Part shown: positions 32,145-41,940 of the stretch, piece after piece | Layout: every line of letters starts with the position of its first letter | Position numbering within the stretch: position 1 is the stretch's first letter | DNA from: Pelagomonas calceolata | Taxonomy: Eukaryota | Assembly (NCBI GenBank): GCA_918797485.1 | Contig: CAKKNE010000002.1 | Span: forward strand, 806,001 to 870,000 | Direction: 5' to 3' | DNA length: 64,000 nucleotides | The notes under the pieces: generated by a model | Database searches by the model: none | What the model was told of the DNA's origin: nothing | What the model saw: the letters and a program-made list of their open reading frames with translations, nothing else | Made by a program: the position numbers and the translations under genes

Positions 32145-32193
32145 GTTATGTTTCCTTAATTGTCTCGCCGACGGCGTCTAGAACTAGATATAC

Positions 32194-34937
32194 TTATCCA
32201 ACGCTCGCCCCGTCGCCGACGTCCACGGCGGCCACCGCGCGGTCCGCCGCGAGGACGCAGTCGCCCAATACCACACGATTGGAGGAAGTCGACAGCGCCG
32301 CCTGCGCCGTCGGCCAGAGCTTCTTGTTGTTCATCTGGTTCGGCGTCGCGGGGTCCGCCGCCGGAAGGCCGTTGAACAGGGCCCGCGTTCCGGGTGCCGC
32401 GTCCACTTCCACCAGTCGGGTCGTATCATCTAGAGTAGCGCAGACGAGCATGCCCTGGCTCTTGAAGCCCGCCAAATTGCGCGGCTTCGTGTTGGCCAAT
32501 ACTATAACGTTCTTCCCCGCGAGGCCGTCGGGGTAGGCTTCGCGTAGCGCGGCGCCGATGGTGCGAGGCTCGCCCTCGCCGACGTCCACCGAGCACTTCC
32601 ACAACGTGTCCGAGTCCTCGACAGGTTCTGACGATACTACACTACCAACCAACAACTCGAGGCGCGCCGCCGCGGCCTGGTCCGCCGGCAGATCTAAGGC
32701 TGCCTCTTTTTTCTTCTTGGGCTGCGTTAATTTCTCCGCTGATTTCCGCTTCTTGCCGCCGAAGACGTCTTTCAAAGGAGCGCACCGATTCAGTACCAAT
32801 GGCGCACCCGGCAAGCGCTGGGGAGGAATCGCGGGGCTCCCCGCCGCGTCGACGCAAAAGTAGCCGTTCCGCTCGAGCTGCGTTACCGAACGAGGCTCGT
32901 CGTAGGCCCGATCGACCACATCCCTTTCCACGAGTGCTTCCACCAACTCCTCCAAGGCTCCTTGTGGATCTGCGTTATCATCACCACTAGGTTTTTCTGC
33001 TTTAAATAAATTGCCGTACAACCTCACGATGCAGGGCACGGCGTCGTCTCTCCGCAACCAATGAATGATGCCCTTGCATCTTGCTCCTGATCCTTTGGCG
33101 CCCGCGCGCGTGTCGCGCTCGACCGAACATAACAGTCTACATACATCTCCGTTGTCGTCCCTTTCCACAGAATTACACTGAACGACGTAGGCGTACCTCA
33201 GGCGCACGCGACCGCCCTCGACCAATCTGTTAAATCCCTTCGGGGGCTCGCCCGCCTGCAGGTCGTGAAAGTCGGTCCGCTCGATCACGAGGTCGGAACC
33301 GAAGCGCAACGGTCTCACGCCAAAGTCTTTCTTCGGGTGCCGCGGCGCCTCCAGCGCTTCGTCGGCTTCGTCAGCTTCCGTCCAGTCTACGACGGTTAAC
33401 GGTAAAGGCCGCAACACCCCAAACGCTCTCGCGGCCGACTCGTCGAGGACGTCTCGCACGCAGTCCTCCAGCACCTCGCTCTCGATGAACGCGTCGGCCT
33501 TGGATACGCCGACGCGCTCCGCGTACTCCCTTAACGCAGCGGGCGGCACGCCCTTCCTTCGCAGACCTGCGCGGAGCATTTCTGTCAAATCGGTCCGAAC
33601 GGCCTCAAGATCATCTCCTGGAGACGACGCGCGTCGATGGCGTGAAGGACGCCGAGATCAGACCTGACAAGGTGGGCAACCGGGGATCATCCCAGCCGTT
33701 GACCAGTCGATCATCGACGAGCTTCGCGAGTTTTCTTTTGGACATGACCGTGTGCGCCACGTTCAACCGGGAAAACTCGATCTGGCGCGGCGGCTTTAAC
33801 CTGTGTGGAAATCAAAATTTTACGGCGCGGTCGTGCTGAATCTTCGCGTCAACCTCCACGCCATCGACGCGACGCCTGCTCGATGGCGTGCACCCGACGC
33901 ACTGGTTGATTTCCACACAGGTCTAACGGAGGCTCCGTCTCGATCGGCGTCGGCGTTTCCGGTGATGCTCGATAGTCCTCGGGATTGCCGCCAGCCTTGG
34001 ACAAGCACCCGAGGACCCAGGCGTCGTCCCTGACTTCGGGACACTTGGCCACGACCCAGTCGTAGAGCGGTCGGTGGTCCTCGAACTCCAGAGTACACAA
34101 GCTATGAGTAATCCCCTCAATCGCGTCGCTCAAGGCGTGGGCGAAGTCGTACATGGGGTACAACCTCCAAGCATCTCCGGTCCGAGGGTGCGTCGCTTCC
34201 TTCACTCGGTACAAGGCCGGATCCCTCAGATTTAAGTTGGGAGACGCCATGTCGATCTTCGCTCGCAAAACAGCACTCCCGGCCGGTAAATCGCCGTTGC
34301 GCATCGCTTCTAGTAATTGCAGGTTCTCGTCGACGGTTCTATCTCGATATGGGGAATTTTCACCAGGGGACGTTAACGAGCCTCGTCTCAATTTCATGTC
34401 CTCGGCGGACTGAGAATCGACGTAGGCGTCGCCTCGTCTAACGAGTAACTTCGCACACGCGTACAGCACGTCAAAATAATCGGAAGCGTGGCGCACGCCC
34501 TCGAACCACGGGTCCTCATCATTTTCACCGACCAACCACCTTACATCCTCCAAAATCGCGTCGGCAAAGATCTGCTGCTCCTTCTCGGGGTTCGTGTCGT
34601 CCAGTCGCAAATGCGTCCGGCCCCCATAGTCCTTCGCAATCCCGAAATTGAGGCAGATCGACTTCGCGTGGCCGAGATGCAAGTACCCGTTCGGTTCCGG
34701 CGGGAACCTCGTAATGATGGTCTCGTGCTTCTTTTCTTTTATGTCGTTCTCGATGATGTCTCGAATAAAGTGCTTGCGTCCCGTGATTTCCTGGGGCGGT
34801 TCTGCTGGCGTTTGCTTGCGCTGGCGCCGCGCGTCGACTACTTCTATTTCCTCGGCTTTTAGTAATGTGTGCTTGCGCCGCGGAGCTGGCGGCTGCAGCG
34901 CTGCTGCGCTGACGAGCAGCAGTGCCAGCGACCGCAT
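32194..34937 (-). CDS. glnS: Organelle-targeted glutaminyl-tRNA synthetase fused to a C-terminal EMAP II/Trbp111-type tRNA-binding domain; 3 exons (34937-33928, 33800-33664, 33566-32194)
   Basis: [53 protein letters not shown]; tail [16 protein letters not shown]-terminal signal peptide. Confidence 0.9.
33567..33663 (-). other. GT-AG intron (97 nt), introner-derived family 2
   Basis: Junction repeat caggtctg at both ends; homologous to intron 561-654. Confidence 0.85.
33801..33927 (-). mobile_element. TIR introner intron (127 nt)
   Basis: Perfect 15-bp TIRs (33801-33815, 33906-33920); donor gttagac vs exon gttaaag (decayed TSD). Confidence 0.9.
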
Positions 34938-35548
34938 CGTTTCGCGAATGCTGGCGTGGGAGAGCAAGTGCTCCTGCTCGACGTGGTGCACTACAGCGGC
35001 GCGTGCGCGAGGAACAAGCTCGGTGGCCCGTGCTATACCGATAAACAGATCGTTACAACGCCTTCGCAGCTGTGTAAGCGCAGCGACGACGGCCTACAAC
35101 ATCAAACTCAAACCCATCGCGATACCCGCACGTAAGCCATTTGTGTCTCTAGGCCCTGATATTCTTGTTGTCGGCCTGAAAGACGTCGTGGATTCGAAAG
35201 GCGTTAACTTTTGAGCGCTCCGCGTCGGCGCCTCTCGTTCCCAGAGACGGCGTCTCAGTGGCACAATTACGTCCGCGCGCGCCTCTTCTAACGCATTTGG
35301 ATTGATTCCCACACGCATCGTCATGGATAACGTCGCTCACAATAAGGAGAACTCGCCGCTCGTCGCTCGGAAGGAGCTAGAGCCTCAGGACGCAAGCAAG
35401 ACCCAGGAACATTCGAGCGACCTGCGGGGGCCGCGCAAACCCAATATCACGTCTTTCGTGTTGAAACCGGTGACGCTCCCCAAGCCGCTGCAAATTTAGA
35501 GCCGAATTGAGCTAAATCAATACGTTTACAAGTACTCGACGCGACGTA

Positions 35549-35911
35549 ATGGAGCGCCCCGCCGAACATAATTGTCCGACGACGCACAAGGCGCCGCCGG
35601 CACCTTATTACGCCGTGATCTTCTCCTCGACGCTATCAGACAACGCGGAGGGCTACGGCGCCATGGCCGAGCGCATGGTCGAGCTCGCGAGGCAGCAAGA
35701 AGGATTTATTGACGTCGAGAGCGCGAGCCGCACGAGCGAGGGCTTCGGCATCACCGTGTCCTACTGGAGAGACCTCGAGTCCATATCAAGATGGAAGGCT
35801 CAATCCGAGCACGCCGCCGCGCAGAGGATGGGCCGCGACGCGTTCTACCGAAGCTATAAGTTGCGGATCGCGCGCGTCGAGAGGGACTACGGCTTCGACC
35901 GGGACGCGTAA
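35549..35911 (+). CDS. ABM (antibiotic biosynthesis monooxygenase) family protein, bacterial-like
   Basis: PYYAVIFSS..MVELARQQEGF..GITVSYW..WK..EHAAAQ..GR..Y..RIARVER. Confidence 0.85.
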   Translation: MERPAEHNCPTTHKAPPAPYYAVIFSSTLSDNAEGYGAMAERMVELARQQEGFIDVESASRTSEGFGITVSYWRDLESISRWKAQSEHAAAQRMGRDAFYRSYKLRIARVERDYGFDRDA

Positions 35912-35927
35912 ATATGAACACAAGTTG

Positions 35928-36958
35928 TTACCCACACATCTCGTTGCAGAGCTCCCGCGCCAGCTTCCCGTCGAGCTCGTCCTTGTGGTCCTTCATCAGC
36001 ATACCCATGAGCTTCCCCGGGTTCGTGTTGCCGGCGTCTATTAACGATTGGATCCACCCTCGTACCGTATCTTCGGACGCCAGCGCCGGGAGCCACTGCG
36101 CAATCACATCCAACTCGGCCTTCTCGGCCGCCGCGCGCTCGGGCTCGCCGCCCTTCTCGAACATCTCTATCGACTCCTGGCGCATCTTGCTCCTGTGTGA
36201 TGAAAACGGTCGCGGCGACTGCGCGTGGGGGCGGACGCTGTACCACATACATCTTCCGCAATACCTTCACCGCTTCCGCGTCGGAGACGGCCTCGACGCC
36301 CGACTCCTTCGCCGCGTTCGTGAGCGCCGTCTTGATGAGGCGTAACGTGGAGGTCAGGTCCTTGTCGCGCGCCTTCATGGCCTGGATCACGCGCGTGTCT
36401 ACCTGTGCGCACATCACCGCGTCGCGTCGATGGCGTAAGGCGCTTCCGACGCCGCGTTCAAACATCAGCAGCAATAGGCAGCGGCTCCGCCGGGGGCGCG
36501 GGGGCCGGCGCGGGCGCGGGAGCTGGGGCCGGCGCGGGTGCGGGCTCCGACACCTCTACCGCCGCAGCAGACACGTCGCCGCGCTCCGCCGCGCGCAGCT
36601 CCTCGGCGAATTCTTCTTCTGAGAGCTCGTCGAACATCTCCTCCTCCTCCTCGCTCATGAGCCCGATCTGGTAGCCGAGCGACGCGGCCTTCTTCTGGAT
36701 CTTCGTCATCAATCTACCAGACATACGGCGGTTCGCGAGGTAGAATTCCGGCGAGGAGATGACTTCCGCGAGGTCGTCTATTGTGACGACCTTCTGGAGG
36801 TCGGACTTGACGCGCTGCCTTATTTTAAGCTGCTTGCGGCCGTAGCGCATCGAGATGCCGCTGCTTTGAACTCTCCGTTGCTGCACGGGGAGGCGGTTGC
36901 GCGACGGCGCGAGAGCACTCACCGCCAGTGCATTGATGGTGATCAGGGAGAGCAGCAT
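35928..36958 (-). CDS. Plastid-targeted YqeY/GatB-C-domain protein; 3 exons (36958-36464, 36402-36251, 36192-35928)
   Basis: AMKARDK..LRLIKTAL..KMSKMRQESIEMFEKGG..EKAELDVIAQWLP..GKLMG..DGK; signal peptide VSA-LAP. Confidence 0.85.
36193..36250 (-). other. GT-AG intron (58 nt)
   Basis: gtatgtgg...catcacacag; restores RKMSKM. Confidence 0.85.
36403..36463 (-). other. GT-AG intron (61 nt) with introner core
   Basis: gtttga...tacgccatcgacgcgacg..gcgcacag. Confidence 0.85.
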
Positions 36959-37105
36959 GTTGTATGAAGCTCCTGGGAGCGATGTTGGAGCGGAATTGTT
37001 GGTGCCGTGCTGCTGCAAGTACGAACGCTAAATTGTGCTTTACAACGAGCTGCCAAAGTGCTCTCGACAGCAACAGGCGATGGCGCCCAGACTTGCTGGG
37101 GATGC

Positions 37106-37128
37106 CTAGTGTCTTACAAGCCGCTAGC
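37106..37128 (+). promoter_or_regulatory. GCTAG-box upstream motif
   Basis: ctagtgtcttacaagccgctagc, in a divergent region. Confidence 0.75.
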
Positions 37129-37333
37129 AATCGCGCTGGGGCGAGAGGTACCCAGGAGATAAAAGTACGGACACGGATAGCTCGTCGGCGCCCCTCTCCG
37201 TGCGGGGCTCTCGCCTCGTTTGAGTGGTTTGCTCGAACTGTGCGAGGGGCAGCCCACCGACGACGACCGCAATCAACGCGAGGCAGCCCTAAAAAAGCTA
37301 TCGAAGGACGCCGTCGCCGCGGGGCAGTGAAGA

Positions 37334-38929
37334 ATGCCGCTCCACGACACCGCCAACGTCCTGGCAAAGCCACAACATGACGCCACCGCCGTAGCCAGAA
37401 GGAAGGCCTCTCTACTGAAAAAGCAGCGCCAGCTGCGGAGGGAGCTGCGCACCCTGCAAGACCAGTCCGCGAAAGACCTAGCATTGCTAGAAAAGGAGCG
37501 CCAGGAACTGCGGGACGGCCGCCTGAACGCCGCCGCGTCGCACGCCGCCAGGAAGGGCCTTGCCCAGAAGCCGCGGTCCAGTCGCGATAGGGCCGAGTTC
37601 GACGCGCGGACTCTGAAGGTCGAGGCGCCGCGGGCGGAGCAGGCTGCGAAGCGGGCCGAGGCGCGCTGTTCTTTAGCCTTGAAAAGGCTGGCCGTTGCTA
37701 AAGAGAAAGTGGAGTCGCTGCCGGGCAACCTGGGACGCGGGCCGGACCAGATCGACCAAATACGGCGCCAGCGGGAGGCCGCCCGTCTTTCTGAAGAGAA
37801 AATCAAGCTTAAGGAGGAGGCGGGACGAGTCCGCGAGGCGGCCAAGCTGGACCATGCGTTACGAAGGCTGAGATCAGAAGCGCGCGATCTGCGAGACGAC
37901 GCCGACGCCGAGGACGACCGCGTTTCCAGGGCGCGAGGCAGCGCCGCCGCGGCGTACGAGCGGGCGCTGCCGGCTCGGCGGCGCGTCGCGGCCTTGCAAT
38001 CTGAGTTACGGGACCAGTGCGACGTTTTGTGTGAAGACGGGCCCCTCGCCGTCGCCGACGCGTTGTTCGACGGGGAGCGCGTCGAGGGTGGGGTAGATGA
38101 AGGCATCTCCGCCAAGGCCTGCGCGCGGCTGCTGGCGCTGGTCTGGCTCGACGCTCCGGATTTGACAGATCCCGAGGAGTTGCCCGAGGCGCCTTGTGAT
38201 GCTGGTGGCGATCTCGTGGCCTTGTACGGGCCGCCGCCGCCGCCTCCATCAAGCGCGGCGCGGGCCGGCGAGCTGGCCTTCGATCTGGCCGATAACGTGT
38301 ACGACCGGGACGCCTTCCGGGCGGTCTTCGTGAAAGCCGCGGCGGCGGGGCCGCTGCCCTGGCCGGACCAGGCTTTTCAACGCATGCCGCTGCCGCGGTC
38401 GCCGTCGCCGTCGCCGCCCTCGTCTCCGGTCGACGACGTGTCGCCGCCGCCCTCGCCAGTCGCCGCGCCGTCGCCCTCAGCGTCGCCGCCGCGGTCACCC
38501 GCGACGCCCGCGTCGTCGCGCCGGGCGAAGACGCCCAAGTCGTCGCGCCCGCCGTCGTCGCGCCAAAAAACGCCGCAGGGCTCCCCCGAGGCGGCCGCGC
38601 CGCCCTCGCCCGAGGAAGATGCTCCGCCCTCACCAGAGGCTGATGCGCCGCCCTCGCCCGCGGCGGACGCACCGGCGTTCATCGTCGGCCAGAGGGTGGA
38701 GGCGAACTTCGAGGGAGAAGGGGAATGGTTCACAGGCGTCGTGGAGAAGGTCACGGAGGACGGACGCTACGACATCACCTACGACGACGGCGACGAGGAG
38801 TTCGGCGTCGAGGCGGCGCGCATGCGCGCGGCGACGGGCGACGCCGACGTCCTCGCGCCGCTGCCGGCGCCGCAGGACGAGCTCCGCCGCTCGGACGAGT
38901 ACGAGGAGTCGTTCGAGGCGGAGAACTAA
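37334..38929 (+). CDS. Coiled-coil, Ser/Pro-rich protein with C-terminal Tudor-like domain
   Basis: FIVGQRVEANFEGEGEWFTGVV..YDITYDDGDEE. Confidence 0.75.
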   Translation: MPLHDTANVLAKPQHDATAVARRKASLLKKQRQLRRELRTLQDQSAKDLALLEKERQELRDGRLNAAASHAARKGLAQKPRSSRDRAEFDARTLKVEAPRAEQAAKRAEARCSLALKRLAVAKEKVESLPGNLGRGPDQIDQIRRQREAARLSEEKIKLKEEAGRVREAAKLDHALRRLRSEARDLRDDADAEDDRVSRARGSAAAAYERALPARRRVAALQSELRDQCDVLCEDGPLAVADALFDGERVEGGVDEGISAKACARLLALVWLDAPDLTDPEELPEAPCDAGGDLVALYGPPPPPPSSAARAGELAFDLADNVYDRDAFRAVFVKAAAAGPLPWPDQAFQRMPLPRSPSPSPPSSPVDDVSPPPSPVAAPSPSASPPRSPATPASSRRAKTPKSSRPPSSRQKTPQGSPEAAAPPSPEEDAPPSPEADAPPSPAADAPAFIVGQRVEANFEGEGEWFTGVVEKVTEDGRYDITYDDGDEEFGVEAARMRAATGDADVLAPLPAPQDELRRSDEYEESFEAEN

Positions 38930-38945
38930 GTAGTAAAACACAAAC

Positions 38946-41531
38946 TTAGCGCGGCCCGGGCGTCCGCGGCGACGGCGGCAGCGGTCGCCCCCCGAGCTGC
39001 AGCGCCGCCTCATCCCCAGCCTCGAAGGCGGCCTTGACCTCCATCACGGGCGTGTGCAGCTGCGCCGCGAGCGCCGCGAGCTGGTCGTCGGTCCAGTCGC
39101 AGCGGCACTCGCTCCGCGCCGACGAATGCGGCGACGACTGCGACGACGAGGGTCGCGTCCGCCGCCAGGCCGTCGCCTTGCGCGCGAGGGCCTCCAAATC
39201 CTGGGCCTTCTTCTCCTCGTTTCCACCATCTTCGTCGGCGAGGTGCCAGACCGGGAAGCCGAAGCGCCCGGGCGACGATTGGGTGGTTTGGGCCGCCCTT
39301 CTATCTCGCTCCGTCGCGGCCGCGGCGTAGATGGACTGGCCCCGGCGCACGAAGGGGTGATCTAGGAGCTGCTGCGCCGTCGGTCGTGAGGCCGCGTCCC
39401 TTCGTAGGCAGGCGTTCGTCGCGTCGCAGAGCTGCGCGTCGTGGCCATCTTTTGGATCTAATTGTGGGGGATCACCATCACAAATAGCTCTAACCACGGC
39501 CCAGTAGCCGTCCGCCTGCGGCAGCGGGATCTTGCCCAGAGCACAAGTGGCAAAACATAGACCCACGCTCCACAAATCGGAAGCATAAGAATAATCACCT
39601 CCCACAATCCGCTCCGGAGCCATGAAGGCCAACGTCCCGACATACGTTTGAGCTACACCTAACGTATTATCTACCGCCCTAGAAACGCCAAAATCCGATA
39701 ATTTGACGCGCCACTTCCAGTCCAGCAAGATATTGGACGGCTTGACGTCTCTGTGTAATTGCCTATCGGCATGCAACGCGGCCAACCCCGCAATGCACCC
39801 GCGAGCAACCACAGCCAAGGCGTCATCCTCTAAAGGTCGCCAGCCCCTAGCCTCCATGACGTCGTGCACCGAGCGCGCGTCCATATACTCCAAGACCGCA
39901 CAAACGCACCCCGCTTGAGGATTCGTGAAGGCGCCGTGGAAGGCCACGATGTGGGCCCGGAGGGCTTTTTGTGATCTAGAATCTCTATGAGCGGAAAAAT
40001 CTTCCGAGTCGCGGCCGCCCATGGCCCCATCTTGACTCAAGGCTCGTTGTCTGGCATCATCCGTGAGTGGTACTGTCGACAGTTGATGCAACGCGGCCAG
40101 CTCCCTCAGCAACTGCCGTCTTCTCGCGTCGTCGTGGACGGCCACCATCTTCACGGCCACCAATGTGAGAGTAGGCGCATGTAGTGCTCGTCGCACCGAC
40201 GCGCAGGCGCCTCGTCCGAGTTCGCCCAGTACGATCAAATCTGAAGGGGCAATGGAAGTCACGGACGAAGGCATCGGGCCATCAACAATAGAAGCACCTC
40301 TAGGTCTATTTTCTCCATCCTGGATCGTGTTGATCGCTAAACCACGCCGCCAATCAATCAACGTGCCGCCCTCGGAGAAGTCGTAGGACTCCTCGCCCGC
40401 GTCCCGCGCGTCCCTATCCACGGCCGCCAAATCCATTTGTAGATTGCCAGCGACGAGCAAGCGGGCCTCGGGCGTCTGCTTCGGGGACTGCGTCGCCGCC
40501 GGCGGCGTGAGGGAGGCCATGCGGGCCTCGACGTTGTCCTCGCAGCGCTGCCGCGCCTTCTCGCCGTCCCGCGACCAGATGGGCCGTCGCTTCACGCCCT
40601 TGCCCTCCTCGCGCACCTCCTCGGTCGACACCTCGCGCCGCCGCCGCTCCGGCGTCGACAAGGGAGGCAGCTCCGCGTCGGGCTGGACCCTACCAGGAGC
40701 TCGCAATGCGCGCCGCTGGCCTCTTTGCACAACCCTACCGACGGGCCGGCGCGTCCGCACTGGTTGCAATTCTTCGGGAAAGGCCGCTCGCAGGGCATCT
40801 AACTCCCTCAAGAGTAACCTTTGGTGCACGGCGAGAGACACGCCGAGTACGCGCGCCACATCATCTCGAGAACGAACCCGTAGAAGTTGCCTCCCGTCGA
40901 CCCGCGGCGTCGAAGGAGACATGGAATAGGAAGACAAAGCCTCGATGCCGCGCAACCACCGCGCGACATCTGCCGGCCGCCATCTTGAGACGTCCGCATC
41001 CAAAGAGCCAAGGGCCACGTCGGCCGGAGACCCGCGCGGCACGGACGACACGTCCATGGCCGCCATGCTCGTGATCACGTCCGCGGGCCGCCGGTGAATC
41101 GTTTCGATGCTGAGCGTGCCCCGCTCGCCGCCGACTCGAGCCTGGCCGTCGAAGCTCTGGAGCGCCCGCCGCAGCTGCTTGAGGGACACGTCGCAGGCCG
41201 TCGCGTTGCCCGTCGCGTCCCTCAACGTCACGCGGACGTCGTCGCTCTTGCCCGGGCTCAGGCTTTCGCCGTCACTCAGCACGGGTTCCGGCGTCGGCGC
41301 GCGCGGCCGCGGCCCCCGCGCACTATCAGAATCGCCGCGCTGCGCCGCCGCGGCCGCCGCTGCTCTTTTGGCATGCACATCGTCGAGACCACAATCTAAA
41401 AAGTCGCGTTCGACGCAAAACCGGAGGTCGTCGCACGAGTATCTAGCGGATAATTGCGCGGCGTAGTTCCGCGTGTCGATGGCGCCTAATTGCGCATGTA
41501 GTTCCAGCCACCGGGCTATCGGCTGGGCCAT
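38946..41531 (-). CDS. MAPK kinase (STE7-like) with SAM domain
   Basis: LGRGACASV, VAVK, HRDVKPSNILL, SDFG, TLGVAQTYVGT..MAPERI; SAM-like WRPADVARWL..VDGRQLL..LGV. Confidence 0.85.
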   Translation of the reverse strand: MAQPIARWLELHAQLGAIDTRNYAAQLSARYSCDDLRFCVERDFLDCGLDDVHAKRAAAAAAAQRGDSDSARGPRPRAPTPEPVLSDGESLSPGKSDDVRVTLRDATGNATACDVSLKQLRRALQSFDGQARVGGERGTLSIETIHRRPADVITSMAAMDVSSVPRGSPADVALGSLDADVSRWRPADVARWLRGIEALSSYSMSPSTPRVDGRQLLRVRSRDDVARVLGVSLAVHQRLLLRELDALRAAFPEELQPVRTRRPVGRVVQRGQRRALRAPGRVQPDAELPPLSTPERRRREVSTEEVREEGKGVKRRPIWSRDGEKARQRCEDNVEARMASLTPPAATQSPKQTPEARLLVAGNLQMDLAAVDRDARDAGEESYDFSEGGTLIDWRRGLAINTIQDGENRPRGASIVDGPMPSSVTSIAPSDLIVLGELGRGACASVRRALHAPTLTLVAVKMVAVHDDARRRQLLRELAALHQLSTVPLTDDARQRALSQDGAMGGRDSEDFSAHRDSRSQKALRAHIVAFHGAFTNPQAGCVCAVLEYMDARSVHDVMEARGWRPLEDDALAVVARGCIAGLAALHADRQLHRDVKPSNILLDWKWRVKLSDFGVSRAVDNTLGVAQTYVGTLAFMAPERIVGGDYSYASDLWSVGLCFATCALGKIPLPQADGYWAVVRAICDGDPPQLDPKDGHDAQLCDATNACLRRDAASRPTAQQLLDHPFVRRGQSIYAAAATERDRRAAQTTQSSPGRFGFPVWHLADEDGGNEEKKAQDLEALARKATAWRRTRPSSSQSSPHSSARSECRCDWTDDQLAALAAQLHTPVMEVKAAFEAGDEAALQLGGRPLPPSPRTPGPR

Positions 41532-41940
41532 TTTGCTGGTGGCTTCGTGGAGTCCTGGCTGGCTGTACGAAGACGCTGCCCGCCGGGCCCGCGTGGACTG
41601 TATGATTGAGCTGCGTCCTTCCACCTGCTTTGGTCGCGTGCACGTGGGTGCTTCCACGAAATTTATCCGGATTTTAGGCGTGGGGCGCCGGCTGAACAGC
41701 CGTGGCCGGGTATTGCGCGCGGGAGCCGTCTGTTTTGTGTCCTGACGCTTCGTGCTGTGGTGGGGAGCGCTCGGGGGGCGGGTGGGAAGCCGTCGACCGT
41801 TTTTCTTTTGTGCGGGTCTGAGATGAGAGCAGCACTCTCGGTGGGATAAAGTGCAGCGAAGCCGCCGCACGGCTGCCCCTGGCATCGCTTTGATCGCTTT
41901 GAGGCTGTCCGGTCGCGCACCGCATCGATTGGCCAGACCG

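Noticed and set aside
35302..35316. ttgattcccacacgc resembling the introner TIR
   Set aside because: It has no partner TIR, no core, no TSD and no terminal AG.
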